Below are positions 1 to 13,749 of a DNA stretch of 64,000 bases, piece after piece. Both the position numbers and the translations under genes were made by a program. Under the pieces are notes generated by a model, which was given only the letters and a program-made list of their open reading frames with translations, was not told the DNA's origin and made no database searches. Position 1 is the stretch's first letter, and each line of letters starts with the position of its first letter. Source of the DNA: Octopus vulgaris (Eukaryota); the NCBI GenBank assembly GCA_951406725.2, contig OX597824.1:36828001-36892000 (forward strand), read 5' to 3'.

Positions 1-1269
1 AGAATCTCAATTCCTATTCAATCTTGTGAGGAAAATTTATTGGGAAGTTCTTTGCGAGCTTATAAACCTTTTAATCTAAAGGCTAACATTCTCTATGAAT
101 TCATTCCAATGCCTTATTTTTACCATGAGTCTAAGGAACTTTATATTTAGTTAATGTTATATCTGCTCTGTCATTCAAGCCATACCTACTTTCTATTCCC
201 TTATCAATATCCTCATTACACAAATTCTTCTGTCCATGTAAATGTCTATGTATAAAAGACCACTGTGAACTTGCTGTGCCCAACACACTGTACTATCACT
301 CATCCATCCAACCCTGGCCTTATGAACTGACAGTTATCACTCCCTTTATTCTTTCCTCTCACTCACATTCCTTTTCACTTTTACATGCGGGTTCTGCCTC
401 TCTCATCAAACTATTCTCTTGAAAGAGACTTCTTGAAGATATAACAAGTTGCCAAGTACTGGTGTCATGAAAAAATGCACTGCATGCACTCTGAAAAGTG
501 GTGGCATGCACTCTGAAAAGCGGTTGGCATTAGCAAGGGTTATCAGTCATAGAAACCAAGGCAAAAATGAAACGCACATGTAAGTTGTGAATCTCAAACT
601 TATCTAGATGAGCAAATGGTTGTGTTGGATTTAATCATAGTGAGCCATCCAATATCTGCCACCAAGGTTAAGTGGACATAAAATGATGATGATGATAATG
701 ATAAATAAATAAATATTGCACACACACACAAAAAAGGCATACTTTGAAATGGCAGAATCATTAGAACATTGGCAAGGACTCATTGTAATTTTCATTCCAC
801 ATCTCAAATGAGTTGAATCAAACCTTGCTGAGGTCAATTTAACTTTTCACAAAATGAAAGGTAGGTCTCATGAGATTGTTAAAATGCAAAAAGAGACATA
901 GACATGTGCTGTGTGCAAGCCATAAGGTGAAAGGGGGCTTCAACTAGACTCCATATGGGCAAGAAACATAGATATAAATTCTTTTGAGTAGCCAATAGTG
1001 ACAGAAGAGTGGGAAATAATCTTGGAAGAGAAATGATTAGATAAAGTGAATAAGGTAGTCAGAATGTGTGGAAGAATAATTATGCTCAGACAAGTCTTGG
1101 AAAATATAATAGCAACATTTCTCTCTGGCAATGCACCTCAATTAGGGCTGCTGGACAAACAAAAGGACTGTTATTTATGATGCCTTTTTTTTGCAGATTA
1201 TCTGAATGACAAACTTCAGTGACCTTATCTTCATGAGTGGTGACTTCAATGCACACATTGAATAGCATC

Positions 1270-4030
1270 CTTCTGAATACCATAATGTGTATGGAGGCTA
1301 TGGTCTTGTTTCTCAAAATGAGAAAGAAACATGGCTACAGGAGTTTTGTGCAGCAAACTTCAGGGAACCAACCAGTCATCTGATCACATATCAATCTTAT
1401 GGACACACAAAACAGATTGGCTACATTCTCGCCAGAAACAGGGACAATAAAAATAAATGTTCCTTCTCGAGCCATGCCAAGCTCATAAGGGCCTGTTTCC
1501 CGGTTTCACTGGCATAGAAATTCCCAACCTGGATGGAACGCCGGTCCGTCGCAGGATTACTCATTTTTGCCAGCTGAGTGGACTGGAGTAACGTGAAATG
1601 AAGTGTTTTGCTCAAGAACACAACGCATCGCCCGGTCCAGGAATCGAAACTACAACCTTACGATCATCAGTTCAACACCCTAACCACTAAGCCATGCACC
1701 TGCACTAGAAACAGGGACAAATGACTGTAAATGCAAAATCCTTTTCTGATGAAGAAAGAATATACTACTCAAAATAAGTTAGCGTTTACTCATTTGGGAT
1801 TTAGGACTAGAAGGGATCAAAGATAAATACCAGCTTGGAAAAGAAAGATAAGGAAACTTAAAGAGCCATCAAATTGTTAGAGATGGAAAGAAGTCATAAT
1901 TGAAATATATGACAAGAAGGAGGAGGAGATAGAAACATATAACATTTAGAACAACTGATAGTTCTTTTGGAACAATCTGCAGAGAGCTACTGGACAAATC
2001 TGGGACAGGTGCAAAGTTCCAGTTAGGCCAAAAGTGACATGCTGGAGTAACAGTGAAGTAGACAGAGCCACAAAGGCAAAGAGAGAGAGAGAGAGAGAGA
2101 AAGGCTTGGAAGTATTGGAAGAATGAAGTTGCAGAGAATTATACCTGGTAACTAGAAGAGAAGCTTGGCAACAGGTTTATTTTGCAAGAGAAGAAGCAGA
2201 AAGAGAGAGGTCTGCTAATGTTCTACAGTATAAGGAGTAGATGCATGAGGTGTTCCAGTTTTCAAAATATCATACCAGAGAAAATTGAGATATTGTAGGA
2301 GAGGAATATGTAGAGATGGATAATGATACACTTGCATTTAGTGATTTTGAAAAGAGGCACTGAAGTGCTGCTATGAAAGGTTCTTAAATATGGAGAATGC
2401 ATGGGAGAAAGAAAACCTTCCAAATGTGAACCTGACAGACAAACAAGCCATTCTAGATGAGAGCAGTATGATAATAAAGCAATTAAGGATATGAAGCAGG
2501 GAAAGCATATGCTGTATCAGGAATTACCACCAAGATACTTAAAATATCTGACAGAGTTAGGTACAGCCTAGTCACCAGTTAATCCGGTTGTACAGAAAGG
2601 TAACATACCCAATGATGCTGTAAAAGCATTATAGTCAGCTGTTATAGGAGTAAACGTGCTGGCTTAGAAAGAAGTAATTACAGGAGTACCAAATTGCTTG
2701 ACCAGGCCATGAAAGTTACAGAAAGATTTATAGCTCAACTAATTAGGAAGAGAGTTAGTTAGAGAAGATGAGATGGAGTTTGGGTACTACTGATACCATC
2801 TTAGTATGACAACTGCAGTAGAAGTATTTATTCAAAAGTAAACTACTGTACTTGGCTTTTGTCAACCTAGAGAAAGCCCTTGACAGAGTCCTTTGCTCCC
2901 TGATTTAGTGGTTACTGTGGAAGCTAGAAGTGGATGAATGAGTTATGAGAGGCATCCAAACCACAGGGGTGCTGCCAGTAAAGTGGAAGGTAACAATGAG
3001 TACAGTGACAAATTTAGTGTGCAGATAATTCATCAAGGATCATCTCTCAATCCCCTCCTATTTATGATTGTCCTCCAGGCTATAATAGAAGAATTTAAGC
3101 CTGGTTACCTGTGAGAACTCCTTTATGTGACAACCTTGTTCTTATAACTAAAACTGTAGCAGAATTAGAAAAGAAATTCTAGGTATGGAAGCAAAACATG
3201 GAATAAAGGACCTTAAAGGTAACTTAGCAATGACTAGCATTCTAGTAAACAGGAAAACAATATGCTAATTCCTTCAGGAAAATGAACCTGTTTGATATGC
3301 TGAAAGATGTGTTGGTAGAAATTCTACATGATGTACTCAGTACAAACTAAAGACACAGAAGAAACATGGTGAAACCAGAGAACGTAGTGTTTATATGTGA
3401 AGGATGTACAGGAACAATAAACACTAAGAATACAAGGGAAATAGATTTCCTTAAATGCCCCGGAAGCTCACTAGAGGTAGCAGATAGGTGGCCTAGGTGA
3501 CCTAATGTGCAATGAAAGAGAATGTTTTGAAAGCTTAATTAGAATTCAAACTGGCTGAACAAAGTTTAGAGAGCTTTTATCTCCCTTGATAACAAAAGGC
3601 TTCTCTCTCAAAGTGAAAGGCAGATTGTATGAGGCTTGTGTACGAACAGTAATGATACATAGTTGTGAAGTTTGAGCCATGAATGCAGAGGACATGTGAA
3701 GGGTAAAATGAATTAAGCTAGAATGCTCTACAGATGTTCTATATCAGTGTGTAATGCTTTGAAATGAAAATTGGGTATAAGTGGCATCAGATGTAGTATG
3801 CAAGAAAGAAGACTGGGACGAAATGGTTGTGTGATGTGTATTAATGAGGACATCTGCATAAAGAAGTGCTGGTTGTTAAATATGGATGAAACTGTGGAAA
3901 AGGGAGACCCTGGAAGACATGGAACAAAGTAGTGAAAACTGACCTCAGGTTGTTGAGCCTCGAAAGAAAAGATGTCAAAGGACTGACATGATCGGTGATT
4001 CAATGTACTTAAGAAGATCTATCCAGCTCA
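1270..4030 (+). mobile_element. Decayed RTE-clade LINE (endonuclease end, RT, C-terminus)
   Basis: Frameshifted remnants read as NYRSTKLLDQAMKVTER, LYLAFVNLEKAxDRV, HQGSSLNPLLFMIVL, KGRLYEACVRTVM and GRPxKTW, with many stops. Interrupted by a SINE at 1448-1706. Confidence 0.85.
1448..1706 (-). mobile_element. tRNA-derived SINE (family C) inserted into the RTE LINE
   Basis: tRNA-like head TGGCTTAGTGGTTAGGGTG...GTTTCGATTCC on minus. 14-bp TSD AGAAACAGGGACAA at 1434-1447 and 1707-1720. Confidence 0.9.
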
Positions 4031-5672
4031 GTAGGAAAAAGGGTCCTAAAAGTATAGTATTTATGTTTATGCTCCACCCTGCACCCAAGCCTTCCAAACA
4101 ACTCATTCACAATCCATCATTTTTCTAACTATGGCACCATTCTTCAGTTACTGTAATTGCATAAGAATAGAATTGTACATATTTCATCTTTTTTGTTTAT
4201 ATTTTTGTTATCAGATGTCCTTCTTGGAACAATTTCCTTTCTCACTCAGCTCAAATTTTCAATATCCCTCATCACTTTGTTTCCTACTGAATGCCTCTTT
4301 CCCTTGAACACCTTCTCTCATCTGCCATCAAAGGTCCCTATCCACCTTTGTTTGTCACTCACTGCATCCAACCCTACATACCTCTAACCTCCATCTCTGT
4401 CACTGTCCATCTGTCTGTCCCAACCCACTTCACATCATCTTATTTCTCATCCATCTACATTTTTATTGTACTGTTGCTTTCTACACCCCTCTCTTATGTA
4501 CTGGCACTTATCACCACTTCTATTTTCTTGTAAATACATTATGAAAAAGCAAATTTATTGCAGTATTTGTTTAGAGATAATATCTCTTCAAGATCTGCCA
4601 TGTTTAAAAACAGAAATAGTAACAGATCAAAATTGCCTGGAGGTAGCAGTAAAAATGCCACATGTTGCATATACCAAACTTTTAATCAGCTGGGCAGCTA
4701 ATTACCAACACCAGTTATTGTGCAATCTCTATGTTCCAATATAACTAGCAATGGATTTTATCATAGTATTCAACTGGAAATGGGTACATGCTACTGACAA
4801 AGCCCAACAAGGTAGAAGCACACATCTACCATTCCCACTCTGCCCCTACTGGAAGATTTTGTACTTTTAAACATAATAATGTCCATAAGAAATATTATCT
4901 CCAGACAAATACCGCAGTATTTTGTTAATCATGATATATTTACATTAAGCGTGATGCACAAAAGGCTATTTGAAACTAATAGTGCTTCTGGTGTATATAA
5001 CTGATTTCTATAGTATGTTTTCATATGTATGCATATACACACACATAGCTAATTATGTAAGTATATACAGAATACAACATAAACATATCATTGTGTGTGT
5101 AAATCAAATTTCAAAATATCAAGATTTTAACTTTTATTATTATTATTATTATTATTTATTTCTTTGTTTTATAACAAACTTCAGGTAAATAGTTCTATAA
5201 CAAAGGTAATTATAACCAGGTGGCGTTACTATATAAATATAGTTGAAGGGAGATAATCTACAAACTATTTGCAGTATTGTAACACTTTATGTATTATTTT
5301 CCATTCAGAACAGATTTGAATTTCTCAATTTGATTTCTGAAATTACTATTTATATTGGCATTTGTAAATATTTTGCTTCCTAGCTTTGTAATGATAAAAT
5401 GGCCAGCATGCACAATTCAACATACATCACAATAATTGTCATTATTCTGAGACAGGATGAGAGGAGAAAAGAAAGGTTGTAGTGGTAGAAATAGAGTGAT
5501 TGAGATTAGAGGGAGATAGAAAGGTAAAGATTAGTAACAGGAATGGATGATAAGTGGTGGGAGTAAATGATAGATGTCAATAACAAGTGGCTTGAGTTAG
5601 TGATGACTATAAGTATAAAAAGGGTGATGGTACCATAAGGATCTAATGCAACCCTTGTAAACATGTGTGTAT

Positions 5673-5723
<51 letters not shown>

Positions 5724-5792
5724 GGGTTAAAAATCACATTAATGATTTTTATCAGGTAGCCAGTATGCTATGAAAATTTATAGGTAATTTAT

Positions 5793-5949
5793 ACATTAAA
5801 TTAATAATAATATACATGTGTATATAATTATATTAAGGGAGCAAATACAAAAACGACCTAACTCCAACTTCAAGCATGTTGGAGTTAGGTTATTTTCGCC
5901 CTTGCTCCCATAATATAATTATATACATATGTATATTATTATTAATTTA

Positions 5950-5953
<4 letters not shown>
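5793..5953. repeat. Foldback / long hairpin between microsatellites
   Basis: ACATTAAATTAATAATAATATAC...ACCTAACTCCAAC, 9-nt loop, then GTTGGAGTTAGGT...GTATATTATTATTAATTTAATGT. Confidence 0.85.
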
Positions 5954-5995
<42 letters not shown>

Positions 5996-6102
5996 CTCAT
6001 CATTTACTCTGTCTACATTTTGGGTAATTTACTGAAGAAATCAGGCATAATCTAAGAAAATATATCAAACTATCAATAAAGAAAAATTTAAATAAATGAA
6101 CA

Positions 6103-6256
6103 AGCATGGCTGTGCAGTAAGAAGTTTGCTTCCCAACTACACGGTTCTGGGTTCAATCACACTGCATGGCACCTTGGGCAAGTGTCTTCTACAATAGTCT
6201 TGGGACGACCAAAGCCTTGTGAGTGAATCTGGGAAAAAGAAACTGAAGGACCCTGT

Positions 6257-6301
<45 letters not shown>

Positions 6302-6522
6302 GGGAAAAATCTTAGTATCTGTGTTTGTCCCCCACACTTGACAACCGGCATTGTTGCATTTATATCCCCATTACTTAGCAGTTCGACAAAAGAACCTGAT
6401 AGAATAAGTACCAGGCTTAAAACAAATACTGGGACCAATTCATTTGAGTAAAATCTCTTCAAGGTGGTGCTCCACAATGGCCACAGTCTAATGACTAAAG
6501 CAAGTGAAAGATAAAAGATAAG
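6103..6522 (+). mobile_element. SINE family A (tRNA head, internal TA/TG microsatellite, conserved tail)
   Basis: Same head (TGGCTGTG..GTAAGAAG..GGGTTCA..GGCACCTTGGGCAAGTG) and tail (GATAGAATAAGTAC..CAGTC.AATGACT.AAAC) as about 20 other copies in the window. Confidence 0.85.
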
Positions 6523-6736
6523 AGAACAAGTTAAACTTATACTAGAAAGAGAGAAGCTAATATTCTTTTCTACTCTAAGCACAAGGCCCAAAATTTTGGG
6601 GCAGGGGCCAGTCAATAAGATCGACCCCAGTACACAACTGGTACTTAATTTACTGACACCAAAAGGATGAAAGGCAAAGCTGACCTCAGTGGAATTTGAA
6701 CTTAGAAAATAAAGACAGATGAAATACCACTAAGCA

Positions 6737-6922
6737 GGAGTGGCTCTGTGGTAAGTAGCTTGCTTACCAACCACATGGTTCTAGGTTCAGTCCCACTGCA
6801 TGGCACCTTGGTCAAGTGTCTTCTACTATAGCCTTGGACTGACCAAAGCTTTGTGAGTGAATTTGGTAGACGGAAAATGAAACAAGCCTGTCGTAGGTGT
6901 TTGTGTGTGTATGTGTGTGTGT

Positions 6923-6973
<51 letters not shown>

Positions 6974-7166
6974 TGTCTTTGTCCCCCCCAACATCACGTG
7001 ACAACCGATGCTGGTGTGTTTACGTCCCCGTCGACTAGCGGTTCAGCAAGAGAGACCGATAGAATAAGTACTAGGCTTACAAAGAATAAGTCCTGGGATC
7101 GATTTGTTCGACTAAAGGCGGTGCTCCAGCATGGCTACAGTCAAATGACTGAAACAAATAAAAGAA
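6737..7166 (+). mobile_element. SINE family A nested inside a minus-strand SINE family B (6565-6736 and 7167-7210)
   Basis: The family B sequence is split exactly around the insert, with short duplication AAGCA. Confidence 0.88.
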
Positions 7167-7547
7167 AAGCATTTCGCCAGGCATGCTAACATTTCTACCA
7201 GCTCGCCGCATTTAGAGAGAGAAGCTAATAGTAGTAGAAAACAGTATAACTACTGCCACACATAAACAGCAATTAGATCTAAAGGAAACAATGTAATTAT
7301 GGTAAGTTAAAGACATAATAGACACGTAAGAGTGTATTTTGAGTAAAAGTTAAATTAGCTGACTGTTATACAAAATTCAAAGTGTGAAAAAGGAGTATAG
7401 CTGTAAAAACAGAAGGGATGCATACACATCCGTCTGTGTATGTGTGTTTGTGTGTGTGATATTTTAGAAAAGCAATACAATATAGAAATGTATGTAGAAT
7501 TATATGTGGCAATCATACATAATGGTTTAATAAGGCTACATTCTTCT

Positions 7548-7948
7548 ATTCCTTTACCTGTTTTAGTTGCATGACTGCAGCCATGCTGGGGCACTGCCTT
7601 GAAGAATTTTGTTTTTAGTTGAATGAATTGAACGCCAGGACTTATTTTCCAAACCTGGTACATATTCTATCAGTATCCTTTGCTGAACTGCAAAGTTATG
7701 GGGAAATAAACACACCAACAAAAGTTGTTAATCATTATTGGGGAGGGGGGGAAACCAAAGGTACAATTACACACACACACAAACACACAAATATATATGA
7801 GGGGCTTCTTTCACTTTCCTCAGCCAAATCTACTAACAAGGTTTTGGTTGATTTTGATGCTACAGTAAAAGACACCTGCCCATGTGCCAAGTAGTGGGAC
7901 TGAACCTAGAACCATATGGTTGGGAAGCAAACTTCTTACCACACAGCT
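7548..7948 (-). mobile_element. SINE family A
   Basis: Reverse-complement match to the family A consensus. Confidence 0.8.
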
Positions 7949-7959
7949 ATGCTTTACAA

Positions 7960-8005
<46 letters not shown>

Positions 8006-8025
8006 AAATAAATATAAGAGAGTGG

Positions 8026-8070
<45 letters not shown>

Positions 8071-8177
8071 AAAAAAAAAACACACACACCCACACACACA
8101 CACACATATCTATATATATATATATACATGCATATATATATATGTATACGTTCGTATATGTAAGTATTTGTATGTTT

Positions 8178-8223
<46 letters not shown>

Positions 8224-8248
8224 TTGTATTTATGCACAATCTGAGTAT

Positions 8249-8307
8249 ATTCTATTGATGAAAACAGAGCATTTCTTATGCAGAGCCAGAAATCCAGGAT
8301 CTGGAAT
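8249..8307 (+). ncRNA. Degenerate type I hammerhead ribozyme motif
   Basis: ATTCTA-TTGATGA...GAAA-TCCAGGA-TC-TGGAAT. 6-bp stem I and stem III are present, core C3 is mutated to U, and stem II is poor. Confidence 0.55.
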
Positions 8308-8549
8308 TATCTAGTAATTTTTTTGTTAGTTTATTTTGTCTCTTCATCTTCTCTCCTGGTGCTGTATGAACATTTAATGTGGTCTTAAAGTCAGGTTTTG
8401 GCTGCTATTTCCAGCGTGGTGGTATCTCTTAGATACCCTAAATTATAATTTTACATACATATATATATATACATACATATATATATATACATACATACAT
8501 ATAAACATACATAAATACATACATATGTATACATATATGCATGTATATG

Positions 8550-8592
<43 letters not shown>

Positions 8593-8790
8593 TTTACTCT
8601 TTTACTTGTTTCAGTCATTTGACTGTGGCCATGCTGGAGCACCGCCTTTAGCCGAGCAAATCGACCCTGGGACTTATTCTTTGTAAGCCCAGTACTTATT
8701 CTATCGGTCTCTTTTGCCGAACCACTAAGTGACGGGGGACATAAACACACCAGCATTGGTTGTCAAGCAATGCTAGGGGGACAAACACAG

Positions 8791-8851
<61 letters not shown>

Positions 8852-9106
8852 TACGACAGGCTTCTTTCAGTTTCCGTATATATATATATATATACACATA
8901 CATACATATACACACACACACAAAATGATTGTTGTAACTATATCACACAGACATAAATAAACAAGGTGATGTAGGATACATATATAAATGCATAATTATA
9001 TTGAAATATGGGGTAAAAATACAATAATTCTTAACCTGGAAATATAAATCAATACTGATGAAATATAAACACATAAACAAATATACATATGCTCATAAAT
9101 ATAAAT

Positions 9107-9138
<32 letters not shown>

Positions 9139-9395
9139 TTCTCCTACTGCCACTTCTGCAACCACAACTCGTCGTTCTCTCATCCTTCTCCTGTTCACTG
9201 TATCACCAATACTATTCTGCTACCCTCTCCCCATTTTTTTCTGCCCTGTCTGTCATCACCTACTCTTCCTACCTCCTCCTAACTCTATGCATCCACCACT
9301 CCTTATCCACCCTTCAATGCCACCTCATCTTTACACTCATCACTCACCTTCCTTTCCCTTACCCATTCGTTTTTCTCACCACCACGACCACCCCA

Positions 9396-9429
<34 letters not shown>

Positions 9430-10130
9430 GCAACCTCCACCTGGTTCCTCACCTTCACTCGCTTCTACACATCTTGATACCTCATCATCGCAATTTTTAT
9501 CTCTTGCCAGCTCCACTCAATCTCCTCCATCTTCTCTTCCAAAATGTAGGCCCTTCAAGGCAATAAACCTGTCCTTCTTTGAGCCCTTTTCTCTCATAAT
9601 TTAACCCCTCATCTCCTAGCATAAAGCTACACCATCAAGATTCATAGTTTTGAAGTTACATGGCAACCTCACTAATGCTGTGACACACAAAAAAAAACCA
9701 CCCAGATCATGCTGTAAAGTGATTGGTAATAGGAAGGGTCAAACTATGCTGATGCAGACATTGGAGCACAATGCAATCTTTGGACCCATTGGATTATGTC
9801 TCACTGATCAATCCATGCCAACACAGAACATGGATCTCAAATGACAATTATATATATATATTCTTCTTTTAACATATATATATATATATATATATAACCC
9901 TTGATTCAATAACACCGTGTATAAACTCTATACTTGGAATGACCAATTTTAAATACTATTGGATTTTACTCATAAGGTATTAGAATCTTTTATGTATACC
10001 ATTCTGCCTAAATAATGGATCTACAAATACAATATCCCTGCATATCTCACATCTATTTTCATTCCTCCACCTCACTCGCCATTTCATATTTTATCTAAAT
10101 TAATTATTGCTTAACCATTTTCTCACACCA

Positions 10131-10176
10131 TCTCTGATGAAGAGATATAATAAATATCCTAGAAACAGCTGTAAGA
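10131..10176 (+). ncRNA. Minimal type I hammerhead ribozyme motif in a Penelope-like 3' remnant
   Basis: TCT-CTGATGA-AGAGATAT aataa ATATCCTA-GAAA-CAGCTG-TA-AGA. Intact core, palindromic stem III, weak base of stem II. Confidence 0.7.
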
Positions 10177-10309
10177 CCTTCTATTTATAAATGTTCTAAA
10201 ATCAACACATCTTTGGTTTTTTATCTCATTATGGAAAAAAAATGTTTAATATATTCTTCTTTTCTTATTGATTTCAGCCAGAGGCTGCAGCTTTGTTAGG
10301 GCACTGCAA

Positions 10310-10690
10310 TTAGTGTTAATGTTTGTTTATTTCAAATGCATTTCTTGGCCCTCTCTCCAAAGTCAGTGCTGGGTAAACAAGTTAATTGGACATAGCTGCA
10401 CTACTTTGCATTTTTCACTGCAATGTTGTTTATATCTGATAAAACTTTGTCTAAATATTCTTTGAACACATCCACATCTTCACCTCATAGATCTCCAAAG
10501 CCTTTTGGCAAGGTATCAAAAAGCTGTGGGCCTTTGAACTCTAAAGTGTTATGGTATTGGATTCTTACTCTGAAGGGAGAAAGTAAGATCTTTGATATTA
10601 AGCAAGTGATTAGTGTAGCTTTCATTTCCAAAGTTGGGCACCAAAATTTGTATATTATGTGGTAGGGCTTCAAAAAATAGAATAACACTC
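10310..10690 (-). mobile_element. CR1-like LINE 3' fragment
   Basis: ORF 10485..10688 ...YHNTLEFKGPQLFDTLPK..L resembles the CR1/L2 ORF2 C-terminus. Confidence 0.6.
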
Positions 10691-10758
10691 GATCTGCTAA
10701 GAGAGTAAAGAGAGCTTATAACGAAATCCACAGAACTTGTGAACTTGTGATAGCTATT

Positions 10759-10806
<48 letters not shown>

Positions 10807-10808
<2 letters not shown>

Positions 10809-11018
10809 TAATCCAAACATGAAAGCACAAAAAAACACAACACGAGGACGTGGAACAAATATAGTATTATTGGACGCTCAGGAAGGAAGGGAAGAAGGAG
10901 GGTTTAACGTTTCGAGCGGAGCTCTTCATCGGAAACATAGGAGAAAGAAAGATCCAGAGAAGGGAAGACAGCGGAAAAAAAAATCGCCAACGGTACACAG
11001 GTGGTCACATTTTGAATG

Positions 11019-11082
<64 letters not shown>

Positions 11083-11253
11083 TTTTCCTCCGTCTTCCGT
11101 TCTCTGGATCTTTCCTTTTCCTATGTTTCTGACGAAGAGCTCCGCTTGAAACGTTAAACCCCCCCTTTTTCCCTTCCTTCCTGAGCGTCCAATAATACTA
11201 TATTTGTTCCACGTCCTCGCGTTGTTGTGTTTTCTCTTTGTGTTTGGATTAAC
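10807..11253. mobile_element. Inverted pair of about 180-bp HHR-bearing units around a (TA)n tract
   Basis: 10807-10983 is the reverse complement of 11073-11253 (diverged), and each arm carries a hammerhead motif. Confidence 0.88.
11125..11159 (+). ncRNA. Minimal type I hammerhead ribozyme
   Basis: GTTT-CTGACGA-A-GAGC tcc GCTT-GAAA-CG-TT-AAAC. Stems I and II, intact core, palindromic stem III. The mirror copy at 10902-10936 (minus) has CCGATGA. Confidence 0.8.
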
Positions 11254-11469
11254 ATATATATATGTGTACATGTGTGCGTGCATGTGTGTTTGTGTGTGTA
11301 TGTGTATGTGTATGTGTTTGTGTATGTGTGTGTTCTCTAAGGAGGAGAGTCTCAGCTATTTTAACTTCTCCAGTTAGCTCACTCAGTGGCAATCTTCTTT
11401 GTGTAGTGGCATTGGATTATCTTTGATGCTTTGCAGCAACCATAATTAAAATCAGTAATCCAGATGACT

Positions 11470-12680
11470 GAGAATGAATGTTCTTCATAGGAGCAAAATG
11501 GTTTCCTTTTTCCATGTTCTGAACGATCTCAGAATTCAACCAATCAAGCACCTGCTCATTGTTGCCATCTTAGTAATATTCTCATGGAATGCTGCATCAC
11601 CATGCATGTAGAGATTCCTAAGTTATGCACCAACTGATTTCAGAATTGTCATACCCCTTGGTCTTTTGTATTCTGAATGCAGTCTGTTTACGAACCAATA
11701 GCCGAGTGATTGAAATTGCTCAGCATTGACATGCTTGTTGTTTTCTTCAGCCCACTTGTATATTGTGTTCAAAGCTTTCTATAGTTTTTATGTATCCTTA
11801 AGGTCCCTGATTGCTTGTGATACTTTTTTATCAACAGTATAGCTGATGAGAATGGCTGATTATATGACTGAAAGCACGTTTGAAAGTGCTACTATAAACA
11901 GCAATGGTCCCAGTACAGTTGACCTGAGGAACTCTATATAGTATCACTGTCGCCCCAGAGAGAACACCATTGGCTAAGAATGCCTGATTCTTATCTTTCA
12001 AAAAGACAAGCAGCTATTTTTCTAGTTTACCAATGATATCAAAGTCACACAGAACAACTTTGTTGAAAACCTTGGCAAAGCAAAGACAAATCACATCCAC
12101 ATTTGACCAAGCTGTTGTATCAATATCCAGTCATAATGCTGTAGAAGCTGTGTGAAGCAGTTCCTTGATAGAGGTCGTGCTGCAGGTTAGTGAGCAAACC
12201 ATTTTCTTCTAGGAACATAATCAGCTTCCTTCTCACAAAGTGTTCCATGGCTTTGCTGATATTTGAGGTTAGAGAGATAGGCCTGCTTTGCTCCTGCCTT
12301 TGTGGATAGAGCATACAATACTTTCTTTTAAGATTTTGGGAAGAAACACTAGAAAAGTATCAGCAGTAGTTTTTTGAAAGCATGTTTAAGAAAAGCTGAA
12401 AGATCATCAAGGTTTACTGCTGAGTTTGAGGTCATCTCATCAATGGCTGGTAATACATCCTCTTCTTTTATGTCAATGCAATCAATGTAATCATGAGAAG
12501 GAGAAAGAAAGAGAGAGAGAGAGAGAGATTTCAATGTTGTCTCTTCCTTGTATGGATCTACAATGTTGAAGAACTCATCAGGTTTGCTTATTTGAATATT
12601 TTCCAGTGGAGGAGTGAAACAATGGCTCTATTTTATAGCGCAGTGAGGCAGATTCTTTTGTAAATTTTTTGAAAGGCTTT
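11470..12680 (-). mobile_element. Decayed CR1-clade LINE reverse transcriptase fragment
   Basis: RPISLTSNISKAMEHFVRRKLIMFLEENGLLTNLQH, FAKVFNKV and VPQ..VLGPLLFI remnants. Confidence 0.85.
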
Positions 12681-13749
12681 AGGGTTCATATACATAAATC
12701 TAAATGATCATACAAACACAGATACACAAAAATGCCTACACTTAATAATAAACACTCTGAAATAATCCATATCTGCCAACACCTGACATATAAAACCCTA
12801 AAACATTTTAAACCCTCAAAAATTACAACCAGCTAGCTCTATCATCTAAAACATCAATGAATTTCCTTTATTAACACTATAAAAGTCAATATATTTAATT
12901 TTACACTTGGTTTAAGAAATTCAATATCTTTATTTGCTTTTGTGTAAATATTTCTTCAGTTATACACTAACATTATCCATCATTCTTCTATGAATAAGAT
13001 CCAACCAATAATACTATTACAGTATTCTTTAGCTATATTTTAATGGTTTGCTAACAGTTGAAGCTATACAACTATAATTCCTCTATCCACCCTCATTTTA
13101 TCTTGCACCTATCTGTCTGCTGACTTAACCTATTTTTCTTTTATCAACATTAAACTATTTCTTTTTCCAACTGCAAATAAAATAAAAATTCCTTGTATTG
13201 TAATTTTTACAACTGATATAAACCACTACTTTTAAACTGCCTATCTTTTCATAAGGTTTTCCTCTTGTTTTCCAATATAAATACTTGAAAGTGTAGCATT
13301 TAACATTAGTTGAATAAGTTGTGGGGCAAAACTTAATGTGTCAGTTAACACAAACTGCACATTATGCATGTATTAGGTATATATGAAATACATACACTAA
13401 AATATATAAACTTTTTATTTGTTCCAGTCATCTGATTGTAGCCATGCTGGAGCAGTATCTTGAGGAATTTTAGTTGAACAGATTGACCTCAGTATTTTTA
13501 TAAAGCCTAATACTTATTTTATAGGTCTCTTTTGCCAAACTGCTAAGTTACAAGGATGTAAATACACCAACATATATATATATATATAAACACACACACA
13601 TATAAATGTATGTGTATTTTTTCAATGTGTACAAATAACATTGAAAAAATAAATAAAGGGTAGCAAAAAATTCACATAAGTACCAAGGATGTTACATCCT
13701 ACTTATAAAAGTAGAAATTCCAGGGTTTAGTGAAATGTTTTTGTATAAC

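Noticed and set aside
6737-6810. tRNA genes at SINE heads
   Set aside because: A/B-box-like heads continue into SINE bodies and no complete cloverleaf is evident.
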